This document shows positions 1-7,388 of a DNA stretch of 24,000 bases, piece by piece. The notes beneath the pieces are model-generated. The model did not search any database, was not told the DNA's origin, and saw only the letters and a program-made list of their open reading frames with translations. Source of the stretch: Sulfurihydrogenibium sp. YO3AOP1 (GTDB lineage Bacteria > Aquificota > Aquificia > Aquificales > Hydrogenothermaceae); the NCBI RefSeq assembly GCF_000020325.1, contig NC_010730.1, positions 1,712,175-1,736,174 of the forward strand, given 5' to 3'. Each line of letters starts with the position of its first letter. Positions within the stretch are counted from its first letter, which is position 1. The translations under genes and the position numbers were made by a program.

Positions 1-343
1 TGCCGGCTATTGGAGTTTTATTTATTAAATCTTTACCCATTAGCTTTGGCGATGGAACGTTTAAATCCATCTTCTGTTGCTCTTGTGTATTTGTATTAGA
101 AGCAGTCTGTCCAGCTATGTTTTCAACAACTTTTATTGTTATAACATCTCCAACCGTGAAAGCTTTAGAATCGGAAAATAAATTGTTATAGCTGCCTGTG
201 TATAAAGAGCCGGGTGTTCTTACGACCTTTTCTTGCTCTATCTCTGGTGGATTTGGGTTAAATGGCTTTCCGTACTCTGTTTTTTTAGCACATCCTGCTG
301 TGATAAAACCTATTATTCCGAATAATAGTATTAATCTTTTCAT
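1..343 (-). CDS. flgH: Flagellar L-ring lipoprotein FlgH, N-terminal part (3' end runs off the window)
   Basis: Own minus-strand translation from the ATG at 343-341 gives MKRLILLFGIIGFITAGCAKK... (signal peptide plus lipobox ITAGC). It continues GSLYTGSYNNLFSDSKAFTVGDVITIKVVENIAG, which is the conserved FlgH core. The start lies 4 nt after the flgA stop. The ORF is open at the window edge and therefore missing from the ORF track. Confidence 0.8.
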   Translation of the reverse strand, partial: MKRLILLFGIIGFITAGCAKKTEYGKPFNPNPPEIEQEKVVRTPGSLYTGSYNNLFSDSKAFTVGDVITIKVVENIAGQTASNTNTQEQQKMDLNVPSPKLMGKDLINKTPIAG

Positions 344-347
344 TTTT

Positions 348-860
348 TTACTCCCTGCTTGCTTCTATCAAAACAGTATCATTAGAGATAACTTTTCCTA
401 CCAATTCTTTGCCTGTAGATATATTTTTAACTTTAATGTAATCCCCTTCTTTACCGTTTTCAAGAGCTACACCAAGCATTTGTATTTTTATGTTTTTATT
501 TAAATAAACTATGCTAACTTTTTGATTTTTTACAACTGCCCATTTTGTAGTAGCTGATATTCTAAATGTGATAGGGATAGTTGCGACTATTTCTTCATCT
601 TTCAAATAAGTACAATCTAAATATAGATAAATACTACTTTTTCCTTTGCTTTTACACTCAACTTTATTAAAATCTTTACTTAACTTCTCTTCATAACTCT
701 GTGGTATTTTAACTACATCTATTATCTCAACATCTTTAAAATTTTCCTTTGCATACTCTAAAGCCATATTTTTAGCTTTTTCAAGCCTTTCACCGGCTTT
801 TACATAAAAAATTGTAAGTAAAACAAGCAATAAAATTATGTTCCAAAGTTTTGCGCTCAA
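348..860 (-). CDS. flgA: Flagellar basal-body P-ring formation protein FlgA-like (SAF domain)
   Basis: 170 aa with an N-terminal signal-like segment LWNIILLLVLLTIFYVKA. The C-terminus LGVALENGKEGDYIKVKNISTGKELVGKVISNDTVLIE matches the FlgA/SAF pattern. It sits between flgG and flgH. The start is a TTG at 860-858 with AAGGAT upstream. Confidence 0.65.
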   Translation of the reverse strand: MSAKLWNIILLLVLLTIFYVKAGERLEKAKNMALEYAKENFKDVEIIDVVKIPQSYEEKLSKDFNKVECKSKGKSSIYLYLDCTYLKDEEIVATIPITFRISATTKWAVVKNQKVSIVYLNKNIKIQMLGVALENGKEGDYIKVKNISTGKELVGKVISNDTVLIEASRE

Positions 861-935
861 TTTTTTATCCTTAATTTATTCAATCTTATAAAAATTATTA
901 ATTTCTCATCAAAGTAATTATTCATTAATCTAAAT

Positions 936-1105
936 ATACGTCAGGTAATAAATTCAATAAAAAATAGGAGATTCTTCGCTGACGCTCAGAATGACGAATT
1001 CTATGATGCTTGTCAATCAACCTTTTCCTGTCATCCTGAGGACGTAAGTCCGAAGGATCTCCTTTTTAAATTCTATGAAAACCGCTAATTTCTCACCCAA
1101 AGTAT
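936..1105. mobile_element. Foldback MITE-like repeat, copy a (forward orientation)
   Basis: Left terminal repeat atacgtcaggtaataaattc is at 936-955 and right terminal repeat taatttctcacccaaagtat at 1086-1105. The internal modules ggagattcttcgctgacgctcagaatgac (967-995) and gtcatcctgaggacgtaagtccgaaggatctcc (1030-1062) are near reverse complements of each other. A perfect 13-bp direct repeat taaaaattattaa lies at 889-901 and 1111-1123. An extra solo terminal-repeat-like stretch taatttctcatcaaagta lies at 899-916. Confidence 0.65.
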
Positions 1106-1119
1106 TAATCTAAAAATTA

Positions 1120-1920
1120 TTAACTTTTCAATGTACTTACAGTCTTAAGCATTTCATCTGCTGTAATAATACCTTTCGAGTTAACTTCGTAAGCTCTTTG
1201 TGCTACTATTAGATTTACCATCTCTTCCACTATATTTACGTTAGACATTTCTAAAAATCCTTGTGTAAGCTTTCCAAAAGCATCAGTATTTGGGTCTCCT
1301 TCTATAGGCTGTCCGGAAGCTTCTGTATACTTAAATAAATTTCCTCCTATTGCTTTAAGTCCTGCTGGGTTTATGAATTTGTAAAGCTTTATATTTCCAA
1401 CTTCTTCTGTTGTCTGTTGTCCACCGCTATTTCTAACTACAATAACTTTTCCATTTGGACTTATAGAAATATTTAAAACTGTTTCTGGAGCTGAAATTTG
1501 TATGTTTGGACTTAATCTGTACCCTTCTGGATTTACTATATATCCTTCGTTATCTATTTGGAAATTTCCAGCCCTTGTAAAAGCTTCGCTTCCATCAGGC
1601 ATTTCTATTTTGAAAAATCCTTCACCTTGTATCGCAACATCTAAAGGATTATCTGTTTTCATCAAACTTCCCTGAGAAAACATTTTTGCAACATCAGACA
1701 CTTTCACACCTAAACCTATCTGAATCCCTGCCGGGACTCTATTCTGAGTTGAGCTTAAAACACCCGGGTCTCTCACATCTTGATAGATCAAATCTTCGAA
1801 ATTAGCTCTACTTCTTTTAAATCCAACTGTATTCACGTTAGCTATGTTGTGAGAAATCACATCTAAATTTGTCTGTTGTGCTTCCATCCCCGACGCTGAT
1901 GTCCATAATGCTCTTAACAT
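1120..1920 (-). CDS. flgG: Flagellar basal-body distal rod protein FlgG
   Basis: 266 aa. The N-terminus MLRALWTSASGMEAQQTNLDVISHNIANVNTVGFKRSR and the C-terminus GFLEMSNVNIVEEMVNLIVAQRAYEVNSK are canonical FlgG rod-protein motifs. AAGGAGG lies upstream of the ATG. Confidence 0.95.
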   Translation of the reverse strand: MLRALWTSASGMEAQQTNLDVISHNIANVNTVGFKRSRANFEDLIYQDVRDPGVLSSTQNRVPAGIQIGLGVKVSDVAKMFSQGSLMKTDNPLDVAIQGEGFFKIEMPDGSEAFTRAGNFQIDNEGYIVNPEGYRLSPNIQISAPETVLNISISPNGKVIVVRNSGGQQTTEEVGNIKLYKFINPAGLKAIGGNLFKYTEASGQPIEGDPNTDAFGKLTQGFLEMSNVNIVEEMVNLIVAQRAYEVNSKGIITADEMLKTVSTLKS

Positions 1921-1941
1921 TTTAATAACCTCCTTAACTTT

Positions 1942-2652
1942 TTATGCTTTTCCAATCTCGTTAACTTTACCTTCTAACATATCAAGATATTTTGCAAGAT
2001 TCATGTATATATCAAATCTTCTATGATTGTTAATCATTTCAACCATTTCTTTAACAATGTTTAGGTTTGCTCCTTCAAGATATCCTTGTTTTATCTCAAA
2101 GTTGGTTATTTGTTGTTCTTGTCCTTGATAGTATGAGTTTCCTACAGCTTGTAAATTTTGCAAATTAACTACTCTTATTTTTCCTGTAATCTGTCCATTT
2201 TGATAAATCTCACCTTTAGGCGTTATTTGAAATTTGCTATCCTGAATTTGAATTCTTCTAAAATTCTCATCTAAAACATAAGCACCGTTTACATCTACCA
2301 AATAGCCTTCCTGATTTATTGAAAAATGACCATTTCTTGTGTAGTATCTTCCTATAGCACTTTCAACCGTAAAAAATCCATCTCTTACAATCGCTAAGTC
2401 TAAATTGTTTTCTGTTTTAATTAAAGGTCCTTGAAAGTTTAAAACCGAGCTATCCATAAAACGTGGGAAAACGAGAAGATCTCCAACTTTTCCTTTATTT
2501 TCAGGTATCTTTTGACTCATTTCTCTAACGAGAAGTTTTTTAAAGCCGGGCGTATTGCTGTTAGCTATATTGTTTGTAGTTGTATCAAGCTGCTCTGTAG
2601 CTCTTTCTCCACCTGAAGCAAGAATATAAATTGGTTGAAAATTTATTGCCAT
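1942..2652 (-). CDS. flgF: Flagellar basal-body rod protein, FlgF-like
   Basis: 236 aa. The rod-family N-terminal motif is NNIANSNTPGFKK and the C-terminal motif is GYLEGANLNIVKEMVEMINNHRRFD. It lies directly upstream of flgG, as in many flgF-flgG pairs. Confidence 0.8.
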   Translation of the reverse strand: MAINFQPIYILASGGERATEQLDTTTNNIANSNTPGFKKLLVREMSQKIPENKGKVGDLLVFPRFMDSSVLNFQGPLIKTENNLDLAIVRDGFFTVESAIGRYYTRNGHFSINQEGYLVDVNGAYVLDENFRRIQIQDSKFQITPKGEIYQNGQITGKIRVVNLQNLQAVGNSYYQGQEQQITNFEIKQGYLEGANLNIVKEMVEMINNHRRFDIYMNLAKYLDMLEGKVNEIGKA

Positions 2653-2655
2653 TTT

Positions 2656-3243
2656 TTAACCTCTTATTTGACTTGAAACAAGTCTTACCCTTTCTTCTTT
2701 CGTCAAAATTTCAGTTATCTTTATTGCAAAATTATCATCTACCTGGTAAAGTTCTCCTTTTGCAACAAGAACACCATTTACTTTTAAATCTATAGGTTCA
2801 TTTAAATATTTGTCTAAATCTATTACAGAACTTGGAGCAAGTTTTAAAATCTCTTCTATAGACATAGATTTTGAGCCTACTTCTACTGTAATTGTAATAG
2901 GAATATCTAAAAGAATATCAAGTTTATTTAAAATTTCTGGACTAAATTCTTCTTTTGTAAAGCTTTCTTTTTTTTCTGATTCTTTTAACGGCGTTTGATG
3001 AGTATTTGCGTCAACAGATTCACTTTTTTCTTCATGCAACATTTCAGACCACTGAGCTGCCAAGTCTTCCTGCGACCCTTCCTTTTTCCCACTTTCATTT
3101 AACATTTCAGACCACTGAGCCAACAAGTCTTCTTGAGATTCTTCTTTTTTCTCGTCTTGGTTTAACATTTCAGACCAAGCGGCTGCTAAATCTTCTTGGT
3201 TATCTTCAGGTTTATTTTCTTGTTTATCCATTTCCTCCATCAT
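2656..3243 (-). CDS. fliN: Flagellar motor switch protein FliN with an extended acidic repeat-containing N-terminus
   Basis: 195 aa. The C-terminal SpoA/FliN domain reads LDILLDIPITITVEVGSKSMSIEEILKLAPSSVIDLDKYLNEPIDLKVNGVLVAKGELYQVDDNFAIKITEI. Tandem ATGs at 3243 and 3240 are preceded by AAGGAG. The gene overlaps the fliM stop by about 17-20 nt. Confidence 0.9.
   Translation of the reverse strand: MMEEMDKQENKPEDNQEDLAAAWSEMLNQDEKKEESQEDLLAQWSEMLNESGKKEGSQEDLAAQWSEMLHEEKSESVDANTHQTPLKESEKKESFTKEEFSPEILNKLDILLDIPITITVEVGSKSMSIEEILKLAPSSVIDLDKYLNEPIDLKVNGVLVAKGELYQVDDNFAIKITEILTKEERVRLVSSQIRG
3034..3198 (-). repeat. Three tandem in-frame 63-bp repeats inside fliN (21-aa units QEDLAAxWSEML...)
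   Basis: On the plus strand, aacatttcagaccactgagctgccaagtcttcctg lies at 3038-3072, aacatttcagaccactgagccaacaagtcttcttg at 3101-3135, and aacatttcagaccaagcggctgctaaatcttcttg at 3164-3198. The period is exactly 63 bp. The encoded peptides are QEDLAAAWSEMLNQDEKKEES, QEDLLAQWSEMLNESGKKEGS and QEDLAAQWSEMLHEEKSES. Confidence 0.9.
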
Positions 3244-4192
3244 CGTTCTCCTTAATTACTTTTGTTATCATTGCAGCGAATTTTTTGTCTAATTTACCTA
3301 AGCTTGCTTTAAATTTAACCTTATCTTCAACTTTTAAGTCCAATTCTTCAGATTGTTTTTTGTTTAATATTATCTCTGTTCCAACATCGTAGTTTAAAAA
3401 TTCTTTTACTAAGACACTAAATTTATCTAATTCCAATATTAGTTTAAGGTTTACTTTTAATAACTTTTTAATAAGCTCTTTTCTCCATTCAGGTGATACT
3501 TCAGAGCCGAATGTATCAGTAAAAAGAATATCTTTGATGGGTAAAAACAGCATCTGTGGAAATGCAAACGTTAAAGGTACCTCTAAACCCTCAATATCTA
3601 TCATAATTTCTGCTACAATAACTTTTTCTGCATGAGATACTATTCTTACCAAAATTGGATTAAACTCTATACTCTTTCTTTCAATTTCTATAGGATATAC
3701 ATCTTTCCATATCTTTTCAAAACTTCCTAAAACAATGTCTACTAATTTTTCAATTATTCTGATTTCAAGCTTTGTAAATTCTCTTCCTTCAATTTTAAAA
3801 GGTCTTGCTCCTCCACCAAACAAAGCACTTACTAAGTTAAAAACAACACGAGAGTCTATAATCAAAAGTGACGAGTCTTTCAAAGGCTTCATATTAAAAA
3901 TTGTATATGATGCTGGTAGTGGAATTTTTCCAATAAAGTCTCCAAATCTCATTGTTACTATTTTACCTTTAGAGACCATGTTTACCACAGGAAATTCAGT
4001 CCTAATTTCTTCTCTAAAGATTTTCACCCACTTTTCAAATAAAACTTCTAATCCTTGAAATCCGCCTTTTTGAATTTTCTCAAGTCTATTAAAATCAAAT
4101 AGCTTTTCTTTTATTTTTTCTTCTGCAGTTGCGGAAGATTTACCTCCACCTATTAATGCATCTATCTCATCCTGAGATAAAAAGTCAGACAT
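3224..4192 (-). CDS. fliM: Flagellar motor switch protein FliM
   Basis: The N-terminus MSDFLSQDEIDALIGG is the classical CheY-P-binding LSQxEIDALL motif. The length is about 322 aa and the gene lies between fliG and fliN. I prefer the ATG at 4192 (GAGGTG, then 6 nt) over the GTG at 4201 used by the ORF track. Confidence 0.9.
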   Translation of the reverse strand: MSDFLSQDEIDALIGGGKSSATAEEKIKEKLFDFNRLEKIQKGGFQGLEVLFEKWVKIFREEIRTEFPVVNMVSKGKIVTMRFGDFIGKIPLPASYTIFNMKPLKDSSLLIIDSRVVFNLVSALFGGGARPFKIEGREFTKLEIRIIEKLVDIVLGSFEKIWKDVYPIEIERKSIEFNPILVRIVSHAEKVIVAEIMIDIEGLEVPLTFAFPQMLFLPIKDILFTDTFGSEVSPEWRKELIKKLLKVNLKLILELDKFSVLVKEFLNYDVGTEIILNKKQSEELDLKVEDKVKFKASLGKLDKKFAAMITKVIKENDDGGNG

Positions 4193-4220
4193 CCCTATCA
4201 CCTCTTTTGACTTATTCTAA

Positions 4221-5243
4221 TTATAGCATTTCTTCACCACCTGCTCCGTATTCAATAACGCCAGACTGTATGAGATTTTTAATAGCCTGTATAATCTTTT
4301 TCCTTGCATTTTCAACATCAGATTTTTTAACAGGACCAAGCACTTCCATATCTTCCAAAAACATTTGAGCAGCTCTTTTTGACATATTAGCAGTAAATTT
4401 ATCAATAATTTCTTGTGGAGCACCTTTAAGAGCAATAAGTAGGTCATTTTTATCAACAGCTTTGAGAATTTCCATAATAGCTCTATTATCAAGTTTAATA
4501 ATATCCTCAAATTTAAACATACGCTCTTCGATATTGTCTGCAAGAGAGGGTGCTTCTTTTCTTATTTCATCAAGTATTTCTTGAGCTAAATCTTTTGGTA
4601 AGTTGTTTACTATTTCGGCTGAAACATCAATTCCACTTAACATTTCTTCTTTTCCAGCTCCTATTGTATAAAGCTCCTCTTCTAAAGAATCAGCAACGGT
4701 TTTAATCATATTAGATGAAACTTTTTCTAAGGATGCAATTCTTTTTATAACTTCTTCTTGAATGTTAGAAATGCCCTGTCTTCTTGGTAAGTATTGGATT
4801 ATTTCTGCTGCCTTTTGTGGTTTTAGCTGTGTTAATATTAAAGCAATAACTTGAGGATGCTCATTTTTAATTATATTTGCTACTACCTTTGCAGGAAGTT
4901 TTTCAATTTCTTGGAAAACTGCTTTCCCTTCTTCAGCCATTACTAAGCCTTCAAACAGTTCTTTAACTTTTTCTGGAGGTAGCGCTTTTTCCAATATCTT
5001 TTTTATATTATCCGGAAGAAGTTTTAAAGGTACTGCCTCTGATAAATTTTTATATGCTTCTTGAATAACTGATTTAATATTTTCTTTTGTCGGCTCTTCT
5101 AATGTGAGTAATGCTTTGATAATCTTCTCAAGTTCAGTTTGTTTAAGATGTTTAAAAATTTTTACATTCTTTTCTTCTGGTAATATAGATAATAATATGG
5201 CTGCTTTTTCTAATCCCGTTAATTTACTTTTTTCCTCAGCCAA
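4221..5243 (-). CDS. fliG: Flagellar motor switch protein FliG
   Basis: 340 aa. The N-terminus reads LTGLEKAAILLSIL. The C-terminal torque-generating region reads MFKFEDIIKLDNRAIMEILKAVDKNDLLIALKGAPQEIIDKFTANMSKRAAQMFLEDME. The start is a TTG at 5243-5241 with GGAGG 6 nt upstream. Confidence 0.93.
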   Translation of the reverse strand: MAEEKSKLTGLEKAAILLSILPEEKNVKIFKHLKQTELEKIIKALLTLEEPTKENIKSVIQEAYKNLSEAVPLKLLPDNIKKILEKALPPEKVKELFEGLVMAEEGKAVFQEIEKLPAKVVANIIKNEHPQVIALILTQLKPQKAAEIIQYLPRRQGISNIQEEVIKRIASLEKVSSNMIKTVADSLEEELYTIGAGKEEMLSGIDVSAEIVNNLPKDLAQEILDEIRKEAPSLADNIEERMFKFEDIIKLDNRAIMEILKAVDKNDLLIALKGAPQEIIDKFTANMSKRAAQMFLEDMEVLGPVKKSDVENARKKIIQAIKNLIQSGVIEYGAGGEEML

Positions 5244-5284
5244 CTTTAGCCTCCATTAAAGTTATATTTTTTGACTTATAAAAT

Positions 5285-5433
5285 GTATTTCGATGAGAAA
5301 TTCAGTAAAAGTATGAGATTCTTCGCTTACGCTCAGAATGACGAAATTAGATTGTTCCTTGTCATCCTGAGGATGTAAGTCCGAAGGATCTCCTTATCTA
5401 AATTCTATAAAAATCGCTAATTTCTCACTCAAG
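5285..5433. mobile_element. Foldback MITE-like repeat, copy b (forward orientation)
   Basis: Left terminal repeat gtatttcgatgagaaattc is at 5285-5303 and right terminal repeat taatttctcactcaag at 5418-5433. The internal modules are gagattcttcgcttacgctcagaatgac (5315-5342) and gtcatcctgaggatgtaagtccgaaggatctcc (5361-5393). It is flanked by an imperfect direct repeat, gttatat..acttataaaat, at 5261-5284 (24 nt) and 5433-5459 (27 nt). Confidence 0.65.
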
Positions 5434-5461
5434 TTATATATTATTCTAACTTATAAAATAT

Positions 5462-5677
5462 TTACTTTCTGAACCATTTTTCTCTGTTTTTTTTATTTTT
5501 ATCCCTTGGAGGAAATATACTTTTATATAAGTTTTTCCAAAAAATTCTTGCTCTTGTAGATTTATAGCTCCAAATAGTTACACTTATTGAAAGTATAATC
5601 CATAAAGGGATAAGAATTCTTATCAATAACTCACTTCCCTTCTCTTCCATTTGATTAAATACAGAAGGTTCGATCAT
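5462..5677 (-). CDS. Hypothetical small membrane protein (71 aa, one predicted TM helix, basic C-terminus)
   Basis: The ATG lies 2 nt after the MCP stop (TAGAAATG). The hydrophobic segment is LLIRILIPLWIILSISVTIW and the tail is lysine/arginine-rich. I recognise no family, and coding status is uncertain. Confidence 0.4.
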   Translation of the reverse strand: MIEPSVFNQMEEKGSELLIRILIPLWIILSISVTIWSYKSTRARIFWKNLYKSIFPPRDKNKKNREKWFRK

Positions 5678-5679
5678 TT

Positions 5680-7332
5680 CTATCTACCTTTTATTTTAAA
5701 TTTTTTCATTTCTTCTTCCACAACTTTTAATTCTCTAATTATTTCTTCATACTCTTTAGCTAATTTTGATATTTGATCAGTATTTTCAGTAAACATCTTT
5801 GCAAGATCATCCAATTTATGCATAATCTTTTCTACAATTGATATTTGGGACTGAATTGTAGATAAAAGAGGGTCAAGAGCATTGTAAATTTCTGAATAGC
5901 TGTTCTTAATATCGCTAAAGTTTATAGATAATTCATTAGTTGCTGTCAATGTTTCATCTATAATTTTTTGAACATTTCTAACGGATTTTTGAATTAAACC
6001 TGCACTGTTTTGAGTTTTTTCTGATAATTTTCTTATTTCATCAGCTACTACAGCGAAACCCCTTCCCATTTCTCCTGCTCTTGCTGCTTCTATTGCAGCA
6101 TTTAGTGCTAAGAGATTTGTCTGCTCTGAAATTTCTATAATACCTTCAACAAAAGAAGAAATCTCATAACCTATATCTTTTATTTCATTACTTGTGGCTA
6201 AAAATTGTTCCATCCGCTCTGAACCTTGAGTTATACTCAGTAGAGCTTTCTTAGATAATTCTCTTATCGTTGTAATTTTCTCTATAATGCTCTCTAAATT
6301 CTGTGTATATGATTTAAAATTATCTCTTACTTCAATAACAAATTGTTCTTGATTTTTCATATTTTTGGATATACCGTTGAATTTATCAATAGAAGTAATA
6401 AGACTATTTTCAACTTTATTAAATGATGAAACAGAACTGCCAATTACTTTACTTAAGCTTTCCAAAGAGTTATTAAAGCTTTGTCTTATTTCTTCAAAAC
6501 CCCCTTCCATCTTTTCTTCTACGCGAAAGCTTAAATTGCCTTCCGATAATTTTTTCATCCCTGTTTTAATAAAACCAAAACTTTTATTAAGAGCTTCTAA
6601 TAAAGAGTTATAACGTTCTATAGTTTCTCCAACTTCATCCTTTAATTTTATGTTTATTTTCTGTGTAAAATCACCAATTGAAGCAAATTTCATAGATTCT
6701 CTAAGTTTAGATAAACCATCAACATATTTATTAAAAAACTTATATATGTATCCAATACCTATAACTGTAATAAATAGAAAAATTACAATTCCAAATAAAC
6801 TTATAAAAGCACCATATATTTGAAACTTTGATATATCAAATTTTATTGTTATTGCACCAAGAACTTCACCTTCTTTAACTAAATGACAGTTCATACAATT
6901 TATAGTTCCATAATCTTTTGCGATATAAGGAATGGTTACTCTATATTCTGCGTTACCTAAACTTTCCATAATAGAATCATAAGATTTGCCCTCCCGTAAG
7001 ACTCTCTTATCAATTTCATCTTTTGGCTTTTCATTATTCTTTGGCGGTCCAAATTGTTTAATAACAGATTCTCCTCTCAAAACATAAATATCTTTTATGT
7101 CATCATTGATTTTTTTCATGTCTTTGATTAAATTATCTCTTCTATCCATGGTTCCTGTAAGCATGTACGTGTTTAATCCGATTCTTACAGCTTCTGCTAT
7201 CGATTTTGCTTCATGTATTGACTGATTTAATCCAATAGACCGTGTAGCCAATCCAAGCATTACAGCAGTTAAAATTGTTAAAATCGTTGAAAATATAATT
7301 AGCCTAATAGCTAATTTACCCCTAATTCCCAT
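5680..7332 (-). CDS. Methyl-accepting chemotaxis protein with a periplasmic CxxCH-containing sensor domain and a HAMP domain
   Basis: 550 aa. The two TM segments are about residues 7-29 and 172-197. The highly conserved MCP signalling hairpin reads [38 protein letters not shown]. The periplasmic region contains NCMNCH (C146, C149, H150; codons at 6883-6897). GAGGG lies 7 nt upstream of the ATG. Confidence 0.9.
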   Translation of the reverse strand: MGIRGKLAIRLIIFSTILTILTAVMLGLATRSIGLNQSIHEAKSIAEAVRIGLNTYMLTGTMDRRDNLIKDMKKINDDIKDIYVLRGESVIKQFGPPKNNEKPKDEIDKRVLREGKSYDSIMESLGNAEYRVTIPYIAKDYGTINCMNCHLVKEGEVLGAITIKFDISKFQIYGAFISLFGIVIFLFITVIGIGYIYKFFNKYVDGLSKLRESMKFASIGDFTQKINIKLKDEVGETIERYNSLLEALNKSFGFIKTGMKKLSEGNLSFRVEEKMEGGFEEIRQSFNNSLESLSKVIGSSVSSFNKVENSLITSIDKFNGISKNMKNQEQFVIEVRDNFKSYTQNLESIIEKITTIRELSKKALLSITQGSERMEQFLATSNEIKDIGYEISSFVEGIIEISEQTNLLALNAAIEAARAGEMGRGFAVVADEIRKLSEKTQNSAGLIQKSVRNVQKIIDETLTATNELSINFSDIKNSYSEIYNALDPLLSTIQSQISIVEKIMHKLDDLAKMFTENTDQISKLAKEYEEIIRELKVVEEEMKKFKIKGR

Positions 7333-7388
7333 GGCATTACCCTCTTAAGCATTTTAAAGATTCGATTATTTTACTACAATCTAACGTA

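Noticed and set aside
198-503. Plus-strand 101-aa ORF, and the many similar 60-130-aa ORFs antisense to or out of frame with long genes (2810-2998, 3006-3392, 3735-4058, 4129-4368, 4217-4543, 6365-6613, 9004-9201, 9247-9483, 10621-10842, 11580-11822, 12504-12704, 13872-14075, 14404-14736, 14819-15067, 16434-16631, 16895-17125, 18231-18452, 19236-19418)
   Set aside because: All lie inside confidently assigned genes on the other strand or in another frame. They have Ser/Leu/Phe/Ile-rich shadow composition typical of antisense frames in AT-rich DNA, and no recognisable motifs.
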